Source: Lama guanicoe (Eukaryota). Taken from it: a DNA stretch of 64,000 bases. This document shows positions 39,607-52,829 of the stretch, one piece after another. The notes below the pieces were generated by a model. It worked only from the letters and a program-made list of their open reading frames with translations, searched no databases and was not told the DNA's origin. The stretch covers positions 4,473,366 through 4,537,365 of the forward strand of contig MU056050.1 in the NCBI GenBank assembly GCA_013239625.1. Direction: 5' to 3'. The first letter of the stretch is position 1, and every line of letters starts with the position of its first letter. A program made the translations under genes and the position numbers.

Positions 39607-40853
39607 AGGAGTTTCAAGTAATCTGTCAAATCACTAACTGACAATTAAACTAATGGGACAGATACTTCAGTGGCCACATTCAATAAAGACTACAGATTTT
39701 ACAAAATTAACACAAAAAATTTATTAAATAAACAAACAAAAAATAATCACAAAAGCAGCATATAACAACCCAGGAGAAAGGGAAAGAATTTCATTTCCAG
39801 AGTTACCACATTTTAATAGTCAAAATGAACACTTTCTAACAAAAAATTTTGAAGCTTGAAAGGAAAAAATAAATTGTGGCCCATATACAGGCAAAAATAT
39901 ATGAATAGAAACTGTCCATAAGGAAGTCCAGACACTGAAATTACTACACAAAGACATTAAATTAACCGTTTTAAATATATTCAAAGAGCTAAAGGAAGAC
40001 ATAGACTAAGAATAAAAATAGAAAAGAACAGTATCTTGACAAATAGAGAATATCAATAAAGGGGTAGAAATTATATTAAGGAACCAAATAGAAATTCTGG
40101 AGTTGAAAAGTATAATAATTGAAAAGAAAAATGTATTAACAGTGTTCAACAACGTATTTGACAAGTAGAAGAAAGAATCAGTCAATTGAAGTTATTCAGT
40201 CTGAGGATTTGAAAGATAAAAGAATAAAAGAAAATTAACAGAGCCTATAAAACTTGCAAGACATCATTAAGCATACTAATATATGTACAATTAGGGTCCA
40301 AGAAGAATAGGTGAGAAAGGATATTTAAAGACTCAGAGGCCGAAAAGTCACAAGGAAGACATGAGTCTACACATCCAAGAAGCTCAATGAAATTCAACTA
40401 GGAAAGACTCAAGAGATCCACACCAAGACACATTAAAGTCACACTGTTGAAAGACAAAGACAAAGAGAGAATCTTTCAGGCAGCAAGAGAGAAGAAACTC
40501 ACCCTATATAAATGATCCTTAATAAGATTAGCAGCTAATTTGTTATCAGAAACTATGAAGGCCAGAAGGCATTGAGATTAAAGTGTTGAAAGGTAACAAC
40601 AACAAAAACCTTTCAATCAAGTAGTCTATATACACAAACTATTCCTCAAAAATGAAGGAGAAATAAAGATATTATTCAATAAATCAAAACTGAAGGAATT
40701 TGCCACTAGTAGACCTACCCTATAAAAAATGTTATAGTGAGTCTTTCATGTTGAACTGAAATGACACTAGACAGAAATCTGAAGTCATATGAAGAAAAAA
40801 TAGAGAACACTCACAAAGGTAACAATATAGGTAAATATAAAAACTACTAATAT

Positions 40854-40980
40854 GGGGGGGAAGGTATAGCTCAGTGGAGGGTACATGCTTAGCATGCATG
40901 AGATTCTGGATTCAATCCTCAGTACATCCATTAAAAATAAATAAATAAACTACCTCACACACAGACACACACACACACAC
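40854..40980 (+). mobile_element. tRNA-Ala-derived SINE (vic-1-like) with (CA)n tail
   Basis: ggtatagctcagtgg..tgcttagcatgcatgag..ttcaatcc. TSD AAACTACTAATAT at 40841-40853 and 40981-40993. Confidence 0.9.
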
Positions 40981-41544
40981 AAACTACTAATATAATATTT
41001 TCAGATTGTAACTTCTCTTCTTTTCTATATGATTGAAATATAAATTCATAGAATAATTATTAATCTATATTAATAGACACACGAAGAATAAAGTAACTTG
41101 TGACAATAACATAAAAAGGGAAGGATGGAGGTATATATGTGCTAAGCTTGTGTATATTAAGTTGCTATTAATTCAAATTATAAAAAGATTCAACAATAAT
41201 TTGGGTTAAAATTTAAGTTAATAATTTTAACCTCAAAGTAGCCAGTAAGAAAAAAATTTTTAATATAAAGTAAAAGAAATGAGAAGGGAATTTAAACGGC
41301 ACAGTTTAAAAAAACAGACACAAAAAAAGACAGTATTAGAGGAACTGAGGAACAAAAAAGTTATGACATATAGAAAGCAAATAGAAAAAGGGAAGAGTGG
41401 ATATTTATCTTTAATGCTTTAAATATAAATGGATTAAATCCTCAATTAAAAAGTAGAGATTAGTAGAATAGAGAATGTATATTGCAATAATCAAAAACTT
41501 TGTGGCCAGAAAGAAACAAATAAAAGAGGAAAGAGGCAGAAAAG

Positions 41545-41910
41545 CACCATTTATTGAGCATCTATTTTTTGTCAGACTCTTTAATACACATTATGTGATT
41601 TGATCCTGGTATTTCCCCTGCAAGTTTAGTATTATTATCTCTATTTGAGAACTGAGGAAACTGAGGTTTACAAGCTGAGAAACTTGCCAAGATAAAATAG
41701 ATACTAGGATTTGAACCCAGATCTGTCTGATTCCATCCACTATACTGTTGAAATGTTTCTTTGAAAAACTGAACTTATTGAGTAAGGAGAATGAGATAAA
41801 AATCCCGATGCCCAGTTTGCATCAGTATTTTCTGGGGAGTTTCTAGACATTGTAATTTTTTAGAGCACCGAAGGTGATTCCAACATGCATCCAGAGTTGA
41901 TAATGACTGC
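41545..41910 (-). mobile_element. MIR followed by a MER5-like hAT fragment
   Basis: gaggaaactgaggt..aacttgccaag..ggatttgaacccagatctg, then aggtgattccaacatgcatccagagttgataatgactg. Confidence 0.7.
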
Positions 41911-43896
41911 CAAAAGAGGAACTGCATTCTCTAGGGGAAGTATTATAGGTCTGGGAATCAGGATACTATGCTTTAGTTCACTCTCACTGCCACTAAGTTT
42001 TCTTGTGATGTCTGACAAGTCATCCAACCGTGTTGACATGGAGCTTACATGTTAAAGGGAGAAGGCAGAAAATAAAAAAAATTAAATATGTAATTGATAT
42101 AGTATGGTAGGAGGCAATAGGTGTATGCAGAAAACTAAATCAGGGTTAAGGGATTCGAGGTGAGGAATCAAGGCAGGGCAGGACAAGGGGAATAGAGCTT
42201 TCATTTAAGTAGGAGGGCCACAGAGATCTCAGTGAGAAGGTAAATATATATAAAAGTGCTGGAAAAGTATAAAGCATTATATGAAACTGTGAGATGGTTT
42301 TACAGGACAATTCTAGACTCCTGATCCAAGAAGGAAAACAAAAGATAAATGCTAGGAAAAAAAAAAAAAGAAAAAAGAAAAAAAGCTATATGCTTACATC
42401 TGCATAAGTGAGTAAGTATTTTCATTGAAACATATTAGCTATTTAAAAACATGATATTTAGATTATACCTTTATAATGTCAAACAATCAATATGACTTTT
42501 TAAAACTATTATGTCAACCAATTTTCACCAATTATTTGAACCTGGCATGATTAATGTTAACATAATGCTATATAGTACTTTCCAAATCCAAGCTATTAGT
42601 CAGTTTGGTCTATTCAGTCCCCAGTTAAGTGAAGACAAGAACTGGACAAAGTGATTATCTGATCATGCTTTAGAATGGTAAATTTAGTATCCCACTATGG
42701 CTGTGACCATATATTCTGCTAAAATTTCATAATACATTAAAAATAATGCTGTTTTCTGGCCTTACAGCTTCTGACCATGTCCATATGCCATTGCACTCAA
42801 ATAACATTGTGAGATAATAAAAATGCATTAGCTGCCACTGTTGTCAAGGGATTTTACTATTCAGTAGTCTCCTTTGTGTCCTACTCCAACTTTGTGTATT
42901 TTAATAAAATCCATCAATTTCTGTATCTTATGCACAATTATGATCATATTGTGAGTTTTCTGAATTGATAGCCCAGCATTTGTTGAGAATGACTTAAAAA
43001 GCACTTAAAAAGCAAAAGAGTATCTTTTTTTATTTGCCTTGTTCTGTTTTCAGAATTCTAGCTTTTGTCCATTTGTCTCCTTCATGTAAACCTTATGTTA
43101 CTTATGTTAGCCATCTGGGTTCCCTGGTGTTCCCAGTCTACTCAGTGACCTTCAGAGAGATCAAAAAGCCATGTTTATACAGTTGATACTGGACTCGAGT
43201 ATAGCTACATACTGATATTCCGAGTGGTATTTAAAGATGGCTGTCTGGCTTCAGAAGTGAAGTAATCCTGATGCCGGAGAGCCATCTGTTACCCCTGGAC
43301 TTTTTTCATATTGTTTTTCTTACCTGAAACTTAGTCCCTCACTCTTCTTGCTCATTCTGCTCTGGTCCCTTGCTGTTCCTCAAACATCTCGAATATGCTC
43401 CAGGCTCAGAACATTTACAATTGCTGTTCCCTAGGCCTAATAAACCTTTCCCGAGCTACCCACATGGCTAACTCCCTCACTTCATTTAATTCTCACCTCA
43501 TCAGAGAGGCATTCATGCATATCCTATGGAAAATATTTCTATCCCCATCCTTTCACTCGATCCCTTCACCAGGGCAGCTGGCTTGGTCATAGTTTACTGA
43601 GCTATAATACTGAGAATTATATGCTGATTTATCTAAGAGGCAGATATAACGGCTAAGGGCACCAGAAACATTTTTTTAAATATATTTTAAAAAAACAATT
43701 TGATATCATTAAGGTAGTCACCATGGAACTTCCTTAAACTTATTTTTAAACATATATTGGGATGGGAGTGGAGAGCAATTTTTTTTTAGTGCTTTGGATC
43801 CTTAAAAGTCTTACTCTTACCCTAAAACTATGTCATCATTCTTTGACAAACTATAGTCCATGGTAAGTTTGTGTAGATAACATATGCCATTCATCT

Positions 43897-44004
43897 TTTT
43901 TTTAAGTGAGATTTTTATTTTATTTTATTTTTTTAATGGAAGTACTGGGGATTGAACCCAGGACCTCCTGCATGCTAAACACACACTCTACCACTGAGCT
44001 ACCC
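43897..44004 (-). mobile_element. tRNA-Ala-derived SINE (vic-1-like), 5' end clipped
   Basis: T-rich tail, then gtactggggattgaacccaggacctcctgcatgctaaacacacactctaccactgagctaccc. Confidence 0.88.
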
Positions 44005-44149
44005 TAAATAAAATATATGACATATAGGAGTCATATATTTTATTTAGGCACTTCAAAATGAGTATCTCCTTATATCGTTATATCCTTATAAGAGAAGGGA
44101 TCTCCCTCAAAATGAAAAAGTATATAAACTTTTTTCTCCCACTTCCTTA

Positions 44150-46200
44150 AAGACACCATACTCAGAATCTTGTTTTACTTATTAATATTTTTTAATTATG
44201 ATAATAACCACAGATGCTAATCAAGCTGTAGCTAATCTTATCCTAGATTGATTTGGAAGGTGACTTCTCAGGATAGAGCATATACTAACTCTAACCTGAA
44301 AGAGAAGCTAACTAGCCTCTAGCCCTATCTCTCTCAAATGTGCCTGTGTGCCCTGTGATTCCAAAGGTGCTGTCCAGTAGTGAAAAGAAGAGGAATTGTG
44401 CAATTTAGTGTTGAATGGACAATATGGCTAGAGCAGACACATAACCATAGACCCCGTGAGGTACCTGATGCTTATATAGTTTTTTTCCCATCCTAAGGCT
44501 CTGTTAATCCCACACAATTTAGTCTCTCACATTTCCCCCTTTCCATCATCAGCATATTAATGCTCTTCCTCTCCATTCTCTGGAAGTATGTCACATATCC
44601 CATTCTCCAGCCTTTGAAACAGATGGTCTGGAACTATTCTATAGCAGCAATATGATGATTCTGGGCTGCTGAGCACAACTGATTGGCACATTAAACTGCT
44701 AGGAAACTCTTATCTGGGATAGACAGAATTCTTTTCAATGCAGTCCTAAGGGACCCTCCAGTAATGAAAAATAGTGATTCCAAGTCCTTCCTACCTGTCT
44801 GTTGCCAGGCAGCTCTAAATGGAGTTCCAATACTTTTTCTTTTCCCACAACCCATATTAAAGCAAACAAGTAGAAGCCAGTAGACATTGGAGAGTTTGAC
44901 TAGAGACCTTGATGTTATCAGTTTAAGAAGTATTTCAACGTCTATTCATCCCCAGATATAATAATATAAAATAATTTGATATATGCAAGCAAGTTATATT
45001 TTCTTAAATTGCCATCACTAACCTAGCTCATCAGTTTAAAAGAAAATTGCACACACCCAGGCACACATTCACATATATGTGGAGTGATTATTTTTTAAAG
45101 AAAGCTTAACTTTTATAAATCTGCAATGTATTACTAAACCTAATGGGACTTGTCATTTTTCCCCACCCACACTCTATCCAGCCTAATTTGAACACATTTT
45201 CAAGATGAGGAAGTTCTAGCTAGTTAAAATGATACCCAGTTCAAGATTCTGAATTTGAAGACAGATATTTCTTCAAATAAAATTTGAAGAATTTACATTT
45301 GAAAATTTGAACCTTGTCATTTGAACATTTTAAACATGATACAGTCTTTAAAATTGATGAGTATTTAGAATGAATAAATTTGCAGTTGAATGGTAAGCAT
45401 TTCAATGGCAATACTTCCAGAGATGAGAGAGAATGTTGGATTAACTTGTGTACAACAATTGTATATTAGTGTGCTCTAATTGTCTATGGCATTCTTTTAT
45501 TGCTTCTGACTAATTGTTATATAGAGTTGCTTTATACATCAAAAATCCTCCTAAATTCTATCCTTAGAGGTAGCTGCATGCTGCACTGACGATTGATGTA
45601 TTTGTTGTAAAACATCAGAAAATTATAAGGCATTATCATCTGAAAACACCTATGAAGATGTAGTACAGTTAATTTTTTAAAATGCTTTACTATTTCACTA
45701 ACTCAAATGTTATTTCCTTTAGTTTCTCCTCTACCATTCTAGTTTAACTAATAATAATTTCTTGCATTAAAACCAAATGGCTCTCCAGGGATAATAGTGT
45801 TGATTTAAAAGCTCTTTGATGGAGGAAAAAAGCTGAGATCTTTCTGATTACAAGTATTCCTTTATTTTACATATTCCCTTCTCCCAGTTGAAGATTATAT
45901 CAAATAATTATTTTGTTAAAATTTAAAGTAATCTTATTTGGTTTTGCATTCTATAAGGAACCCATCTGCCAAGCCAACAGTCCCTTAAAGATTCAACTGT
46001 GACTCAGTTTAATACTAATTTTCTATTTTGTAGGCTTAAGACAAGAATTTCAAATTAATGAGCCGTCTTTAAATTAAAGCTCTCTACACAGCTTCACATT
46101 CATAAGTCTGAAACTGTAGATAAATCAATAGCCTTTAAGCTTTCTATTAGTAGCGTTATCACATGAACTCATAGCAGACCAACCACCCCAAATGGACAAC
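44150..46200 (-). other. Candidate terminal exon / 3' UTR of an unidentified gene
   Basis: Acceptor ctttttcttcttgctgtttAG|G at 46201/46200; all three frames stop within 75 nt; followed by about 2 kb with no repeat I can recognise. The 3' end is not defined. Confidence 0.35.
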
Positions 46201-47953
46201 CTAAACAGCAAGAAGAAAAAGTCTGAATGGAATACTAAAAGACGTTTTTCTAAATTTCAAGAATAAAATTCCATATTAATTTTATTTTTATTACCTGCTT
46301 TCATGTAAATGCAGCATTCTATACTAATGGCAAGAAAAGTCTTTTAAAATGTGTAGTAAAAAATACACAAACAAATAAATAAAATGTGTAGTAGTTTGTG
46401 CTTTCTGAGATTTGGCAATTAACTCTGTTTCCAAACTGCACCTGGGAAAAAAGCAAACATTTTTAATCTTTAGATAGTTACATTTCAGTCATAAGCACTA
46501 GGTTTATTTTCCAACCAACAGTATGATGGCAATAATATCTTTAATAAGATTATTTAAGTCATTACATTAAAATGTCTTGCTATTCATAGGCCTACATTAC
46601 TAGCACATACTGAGCACCATAATGTAAGTTACTTTACATTTTTAACTGGGTTCTAATAAGTATACTTAAATTTTAAATTGTGAATGAATAAAGTGACATT
46701 GACATTTAAAAGGCCTCTCTCACATTTAATTTAGAAACAAATAAAACTTTTTCAAAGTTAAAGCAGCAAATAGTAATGGAGAAGCAATAAAAATAGAGTG
46801 TGTCTTATGTTTTCAATGCTCCTTTGCTTATTTATCTGTAATTTTTTTTTAAGTGAGTGAGTGTGTTTGTGTTTAGGGGGAGCTGAGAATGAACATGTCG
46901 GGCCATGATTATATCAATAAAGAAAATTAAGACCACACAACCATTATATTATAGAATTGAGACTCAAGACCAGGTTTCTTTATTTCCAAAGCCGACACTA
47001 TTCCTACTGCATAACATTGTTTTGCTTTAAACTATGTACTAACAATCTCAGATATGATGTGTTTAAATATAACTTCATAAAAAGAATGCTTGATATAATA
47101 GTAAGCATATATAGCAAGTGTTATTTCCATCCCACAATAGTAATTAGTATCTGACATCTGTAGAGTTAGTTAAACCATGGCCAAGTCTTAAACATACCTT
47201 CTAGGTATTTATAACCTCCCCTTAGAGGGCTTAGAGCCAAGCAAGATTCCAGTGAGGATTAGGTCAATAAAAACAGAATCAATGAAATGAATTGGAAGAG
47301 CTTTCGTAAGAGAAAGACAGATCCAACTCAATTCTTACACCACTCAGAAGATCCTCAGAAAGGCTCTAAGTATAACTGTTAGTATAGAATGTTGAACTTG
47401 AGAGAATAACAGACTATGTCAAATCAAGTTTAAATTCTTGTCCTGGAAGGAAATATTTGTTGAGGAGACCCCTACTGAAATCTACAAAACAGCCCTTGTT
47501 CTGTGCTGTGATATGCAGAATGCTCTAGTTTGGTACAATGAATGTAAAACACTTTTACCTTACAGCCTCTTTTCCCTCATTTTCTGCAATATATTTTAAG
47601 TACCAGGGCTAATGTTAAAACAATCCAACTATACAGCACTCAGTATTTACAATGAATGGAAAAGAGAAAACTTTCAAACTAACGACAGTGATTTAGAAGA
47701 CGTTATCTGGAATCCAAGATATAACTCTAATTTCCTTAAAAGGAAAATCACAGCAATTAAATTACTGCGCCTAAAACTGTAAATCAGCTATGACATAGTA
47801 ATAATGATCTATTCAGTTCACCAGGACTAATCTTCCTAATGAGCCATATGAATCCCTGTTATCATGCCTTGCTCTGTACCAATTGTTAAAACTCACGGAG
47901 GCAAATCAATATGGACAAAAGTGTGGGAAGCTTAACTTTCACAGACAACTTAC

Positions 47954-47976
47954 TTAGATTGTTTTGAGGGGTAGAC
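47954..47976 (-). other. Candidate 23-nt microexon
   Basis: Minus strand: tctaac (branch-like) ttcttttggacttttgatttctgtctAG | GTCTACCCCTCAAAACAATCTAA | GTAAGT. Confidence 0.5.
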
Positions 47977-48129
47977 CTAGACAGAAATCAAAAGTCCAAA
48001 AGAAGTTAGACCGCACTGAGATTCAGGTCTGGTTTTCCAGCTAGGTCAGTCTTCTAGGCCTGTTCTCATGGATTTTTCTCATCATACATCAATACAGTTT
48101 AAAAGATGGTACATATTCTATTTTAGAAA

Positions 48130-48480
48130 GGTCATAAATGAACTTGTTTACAAAACAGAGACAGACTCACAGATATAGAAAACAAACTTGCGCTTACCAG
48201 GGGAGAAAGGGGGTGGGGAGGGATAAATTGAGAGTCTGGGATTTGCAGATAATAACTACTCTATATAAAATAGATAAACAACAAGGTCCTACTGTGTAGC
48301 ACAGGGAACTATATTCAGTAGCTTGTAATAGCCTATAATGAAAAATAATATAAAAAGGAATATATAAATGTATAAATGAGTTACTATGCTGTACATCATA
48401 CACCAGAAAACACTGTAAATTGACTATTTATAATGTTGTGTTAATTTCACACAATCGACTTCAAAATTTTTTTTAAAAAA
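48130..48480 (+). mobile_element. L1 3' UTR fragment
   Basis: aaatgaacttgtttacaaaacagagacagactcacag..gcacagggaactatattca, same family as 27050-27360. Confidence 0.9.
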
Positions 48481-49327
48481 GCTATACTCAGAATAAAGCA
48501 GAAAGTCAAAAAAAAGTGTAACTACAATCCTTTGCAAGTAAAGTACTATGTCATTTCAAGACCTTCTAAAATATTAGATAAACCCTTATGTTTTTAGCAA
48601 ATCTTCTCTAGACTTTAGATGCCATGTGTAAAAAAGTCTAGTGAGCCCACTATTATAATCTCCTTTCCACAGCTTATTTACAGTAGTCACAATTTGTCTA
48701 CCTGAATACCTAGAGACCATCAAACTGTGTTTTGTGTAACCCCAGCCCTCTGTGGAAGAGCTTTAGAATTGACTTGAGTATAGGAGGCAGCAAAGAGAGG
48801 AAGCAGGGCTGCATGTATCCCCATTGCTCCTGCTTCAACCAGAAACTTCTCTTTTTTTGTATGTTCTAAATATGACATTCAAAGTAATCTTTTTTTAAAG
48901 TCTGTTGCAAAAATTGTTAGATGACTGCTGCTATAGCCTCTGTCTATCACATCCATTACTAGTGTCAATCACGACCACTGCCTCCTGATATTAAGTTGCT
49001 CCTATTTATGGGTCAATAGAGGAGGCTCAGGAGAGTAATTTCTATAATTTATTAGATGTTAAGAAATTATGTAATTATGCAATGGTTCTTTTCTAACCAA
49101 CTATGCAATAGCTCTTTCTAACCAAAAATATATTATCATAGTACATAATCACACTATTCTCTGGATAAGCTTTGCTGGACTCTAGGGAACCACTAGTCAC
49201 TTTAACATATTGAATTCACAAGATAGTTTTAAAAAAGATTCAAGATTTAACTGGGCTAAGCAGAGCAATGCAGCAATAATAAAAATCTCCATTTACAAGA
49301 TCTCAAAATTTCCTTGTTGGGAGTAGC

Positions 49328-49769
49328 TGTGATGACTAATTTTATTACACAACTTGACTGGGCTATAGGGTGTTCAGATCTTTGGTCAAACATTGTACTG
49401 GGTGTGTCTGTGAGGGTGTCTTTGGATAAGATTAAGATTTGAATGGGTAGACTGAGCAAAACAGATTGCATTCCCTAATGCAAAAAGGCTAAACATCCTT
49501 ATGTCCTGAATAAGAGGGAACAACTACCCCTTCCCAACCACTTGATCTGGGACATGGCACTTTTCCTGCCTTAGGAATAGAACTGAAATATCAGCTCTCA
49601 GACTGGAACTTACACCATCGGCCCTCCTGGTTCTCATGCTTTTGGAATCAAACTAGAACTAAACCATCCACTGTCCTAGTTCTCAGCCTTTGGACTCAGA
49701 CTGGAACTATAGCATTGGCTCTCCTGTGTCTCCAATTCCCAACTGCTCCAGAGACCCTTGCTTAATATA
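49328..49769 (+). mobile_element. MLT2 (ERVL) solo LTR
   Basis: tgtgatgactaatttta..caacttgactgggcta..gggtgtgtctgtgagggtgt..cctttggactcagactggaact. Confidence 0.85.
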
Positions 49770-50267
49770 ATTCCTTTTTTCATAATTAAATTTTAGCTAA
49801 ACTTCATCTAAGTGGGTCAGGGAAATTCTAGCTCACATGCAAAAGAATAACAAGCTTAAAGCTTCCAAAGTAAAACATGAAGTCATTGCATCATTTATCT
49901 CACTTTTTTTAGCAGTGTATTATTATATATAGTGAATGAAAAATAATTGGATAGGGTTTATTCAGCTCCACAGATCATGGATGTAAATGGAATAGAACTT
50001 AAAATAATCAGAAATTCAGCAGAATCTTTAGAGCTATTTGAGAAAAAATATTCAGTAAATCATGTTTACTTACAGGAAAAAGTCTTCAAAAATCATTATA
50101 CTTTGTGTTTTTTTCCTACTTCTAAGCTAAATTTTGATCATCCATTTGCCAAAGATGTGAATTTTATTACACTGCAGTAAATCACCTCATTCTTTCATTA
50201 ATCCAATATATATTTATTTAGCACCTTCTGTATGCCCAACATTGTACTACACTGAGCATGTATTGGT

Positions 50268-50921
50268 TAATAAAAATAGACTTACCCTATGATCCAGCAA
50301 TCCCACTCTTGAGCTTATATCCAGAGGAAACTTTAATTAAAAAAGATATATGCACCCCAATATTCATAGTAGCAATATTTACAATAGTCAAGACATGGAA
50401 TCAGCCTAAATGTCCATCAACAGATGACTGGATAAAGAAGTTGTAGTGTATTTATACAATGAAATACCACTCAGCCATAAAAAAGAATAAAATAATGCCA
50501 TTTGCAGCAGCATGGCTGGACCTGGAGATTGTCATTTTAAGTGAAGTAAGCCAGAAAGAGAAAAAAATACCATATTATATCACTTATATGCGGAAAAAGA
50601 CACAAATGAACTTGTTTACAAAACAGAAACAGACTCACAGACATAGAAAACAAGCTTATGGTTACCAGGAGGGGAAGGGTGTTACAAGGCATAAATTGGG
50701 AATTTGAGATTTGCAGATACTACCTGCTATATATAAAATAGATAAACAACACGTTTCTACTTTACAGCACAGGGAACTATATTCAATATACTGTAGTAAC
50801 CTATAATGAAAAAGAATATAAAAAATATATATGTAGATGTATGAATGAAACATCATGCTGTACACCAGAAATTGATACAGCATTGTTAAGTGACTATACT
50901 TCAAGAAAAATAAAAATAAAA
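50268..50921 (+). mobile_element. 5'-truncated L1 (ORF2 end plus 3' UTR)
   Basis: [24 protein letters not shown] and [23 protein letters not shown], then an A tail. Confidence 0.92.
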
Positions 50922-50924
50922 AGA

Positions 50925-51090
50925 ACGAAGGATTCTGACACCAAGAAGTTTGCAACACCCAGCCACATCCGCTCCCCTTTTTAGTATAAAAGGAGCCTGA
51001 ATTCTGACTTGGGTAAGATGGTCCTCCAGGACACTAGTCCCTCATCCTCTCAGTCTGCTGGCATTCTGAATAAAGTTGTTATTCTTGCCC
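50925..51090 (+). mobile_element. ERV LTR fragment (TATA to poly(A) signal)
   Basis: tataaaaggagcctgaattc..aagatggtcctccaggacactagtcc..tgaataaagt. Confidence 0.55.
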
Positions 51091-52085
51091 CCTCCCCCCC
51101 CAAAAAACATGTGATCTCTGCTTTTATGAGCCTTACAATTTGGTGGAGGCAGGAGGCAATAAACAAATAAACACACAAACAAAAAAGAACCTTTACTAAC
51201 TGTGGAAAGAGAGCAAATCACTGTATTTAAAGATTCTATTTATACTTGTCCTCACTCTTCATGTAAAAATGTCCCTAGCTCAAGATATTAACATAAAAGG
51301 GAAAACAAAATATTTTCTAATAATCTTATTTCCAAGAATAGTGCAGGCCCCTGACAAAAATGAATACCTGGCTTTAGTGACTTTGCCTTTCTGTCCTCTA
51401 GTTTCCCCAAAACCTTCTCTGGCAATTTTTGTCTATGTACACTTTGCATGAATATTACGCTTTGGGCACTATGTTACCCTAACTGAGGTCACCTCTACCT
51501 ACCACCTTTGAGAACTATGCCAGCAGCAGGCAGATTCCTCATAAGTTATAGTGAATAAACAGTAAGGAGAAAGGCAGACCTGAGGAAATCTACTCTAAAG
51601 GATGGTGAAATCTTTCTGGACTGAGTATTCTGTAGATGATAACAAGGTAGACCAGAAAAGGATACTGTCTTCAAATGCCCCCATTATCTAGCATGGGTGG
51701 AAAAAAACAAAAGCCACGTCAACATATTGTGCATGAGAAAAGGAGAACATTCTAGAAGAATTTTTGCTGTCTGATGTTTTAGATGACAAAATGGTAGAAA
51801 CAAGGTAAAGGTGAACATCTCACTGCCCTCTCAACACATTATAGTAGAAATATATAAATAAAATACCACTTCCTGTCCATTCCTCTTCATTTTTATTCCT
51901 TTCCATAATACCTAAAACTGATCTTCTTATAGTTGATAAGACAATCCTATATTAACACAAACATGTATTTTTCTCATTTATTTATTGCTATGTTCTAGGC
52001 TATGGGCTAGGTTTGGGGCTACAAGCGTTGAATGAGAACCTATACAGTAACTTTCAAGAATATTTAAGAAACTCACTGTCTAGTG

Positions 52086-52401
52086 CTGTGCTCTTCAATA
52101 TGGTGGCCACTATTCACACATGGCTAAGAAGCAAATGATACGTGGCTAGTCTGAACTGAGATGTACCACAAGTATAAAAATACTTACTAGATTGAAGACT
52201 TAGTAAAAAAGAGAAATGTGCAATATCCCATGACTAACTTTCTATACTGATAACATGTTGAAATGACAATAATTTGGACTAAATAATTAATTAAAATATA
52301 TAAGCATAGCACCATTTCACCTATTTCATTTTACTTTTTAAATGTACTAGAAAATTTAGATTATGTATGTAATTGGCATTATATTCTATGGGACAATGCT
52401 G
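52086..52401. mobile_element. MER33-like hAT MITE
   Basis: About 316 bp with degenerate TIRs (ctgtgctcttcaata / tatgggacaatgctg) and a perfect 8-bp TSD GTCTAGTG at 52078-52085 and 52402-52409. Confidence 0.85.
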
Positions 52402-52829
52402 GTCTAGTGGGAGGGACTTATAAATAGATAATTATAATTAAGAGTGCTAAGTATTGGAACAGGGATGTATAGAAAATATATCTTGATGGCAATTAAGACA
52501 TCAATGTCTTACTCCATATTGCATTCATCTTTATTTTCATTTCCAGACAGTCGTTTATTAAAGATGACATAAGTGCAAAATTCTTGAAAGTTACTAATGC
52601 TTTGCAGGGAGTCCCATGAAAAAAAGGAAGAAATCTTCATGAAAGATGTTTACTTTGGAATTACCCTAAATTGAACAGTCTATTTCTGGCAGTTTTGCTT
52701 GAGGATTCAGTGTTTTCACTTATAATTTTGGTTTTTCATTTTTTGAACAATAAGTATAGCAATCATAGTTAAAATTCATTGTGCATTTGCTAGAATTATT
52801 ACCAGGCACTACAAAAATATTGCAGTTTT

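Larger units (their letters stand above)
38629..41480 (+). mobile_element. Second old L1M (5' UTR plus ORF1 remnant)
   Basis: gtcagaatcaactttctcagaactctggaa (L1M 5' region); ORF1-like gaaccaaatagaaattctggagttgaaaagt and ggcagcaagagagaag. Confidence 0.85.

Noticed and set aside
39307..39644. Lys/Glu/Gly/Arg-rich ORFs
   Set aside because: Translations of the (GGGAA)n simple repeat.
49076..49126. About 25-bp two-copy tandem duplication (similar ones at 10921-10960 and 39326-39348)
   Set aside because: Ordinary slippage duplications with no spacer structure; not CRISPR-like.
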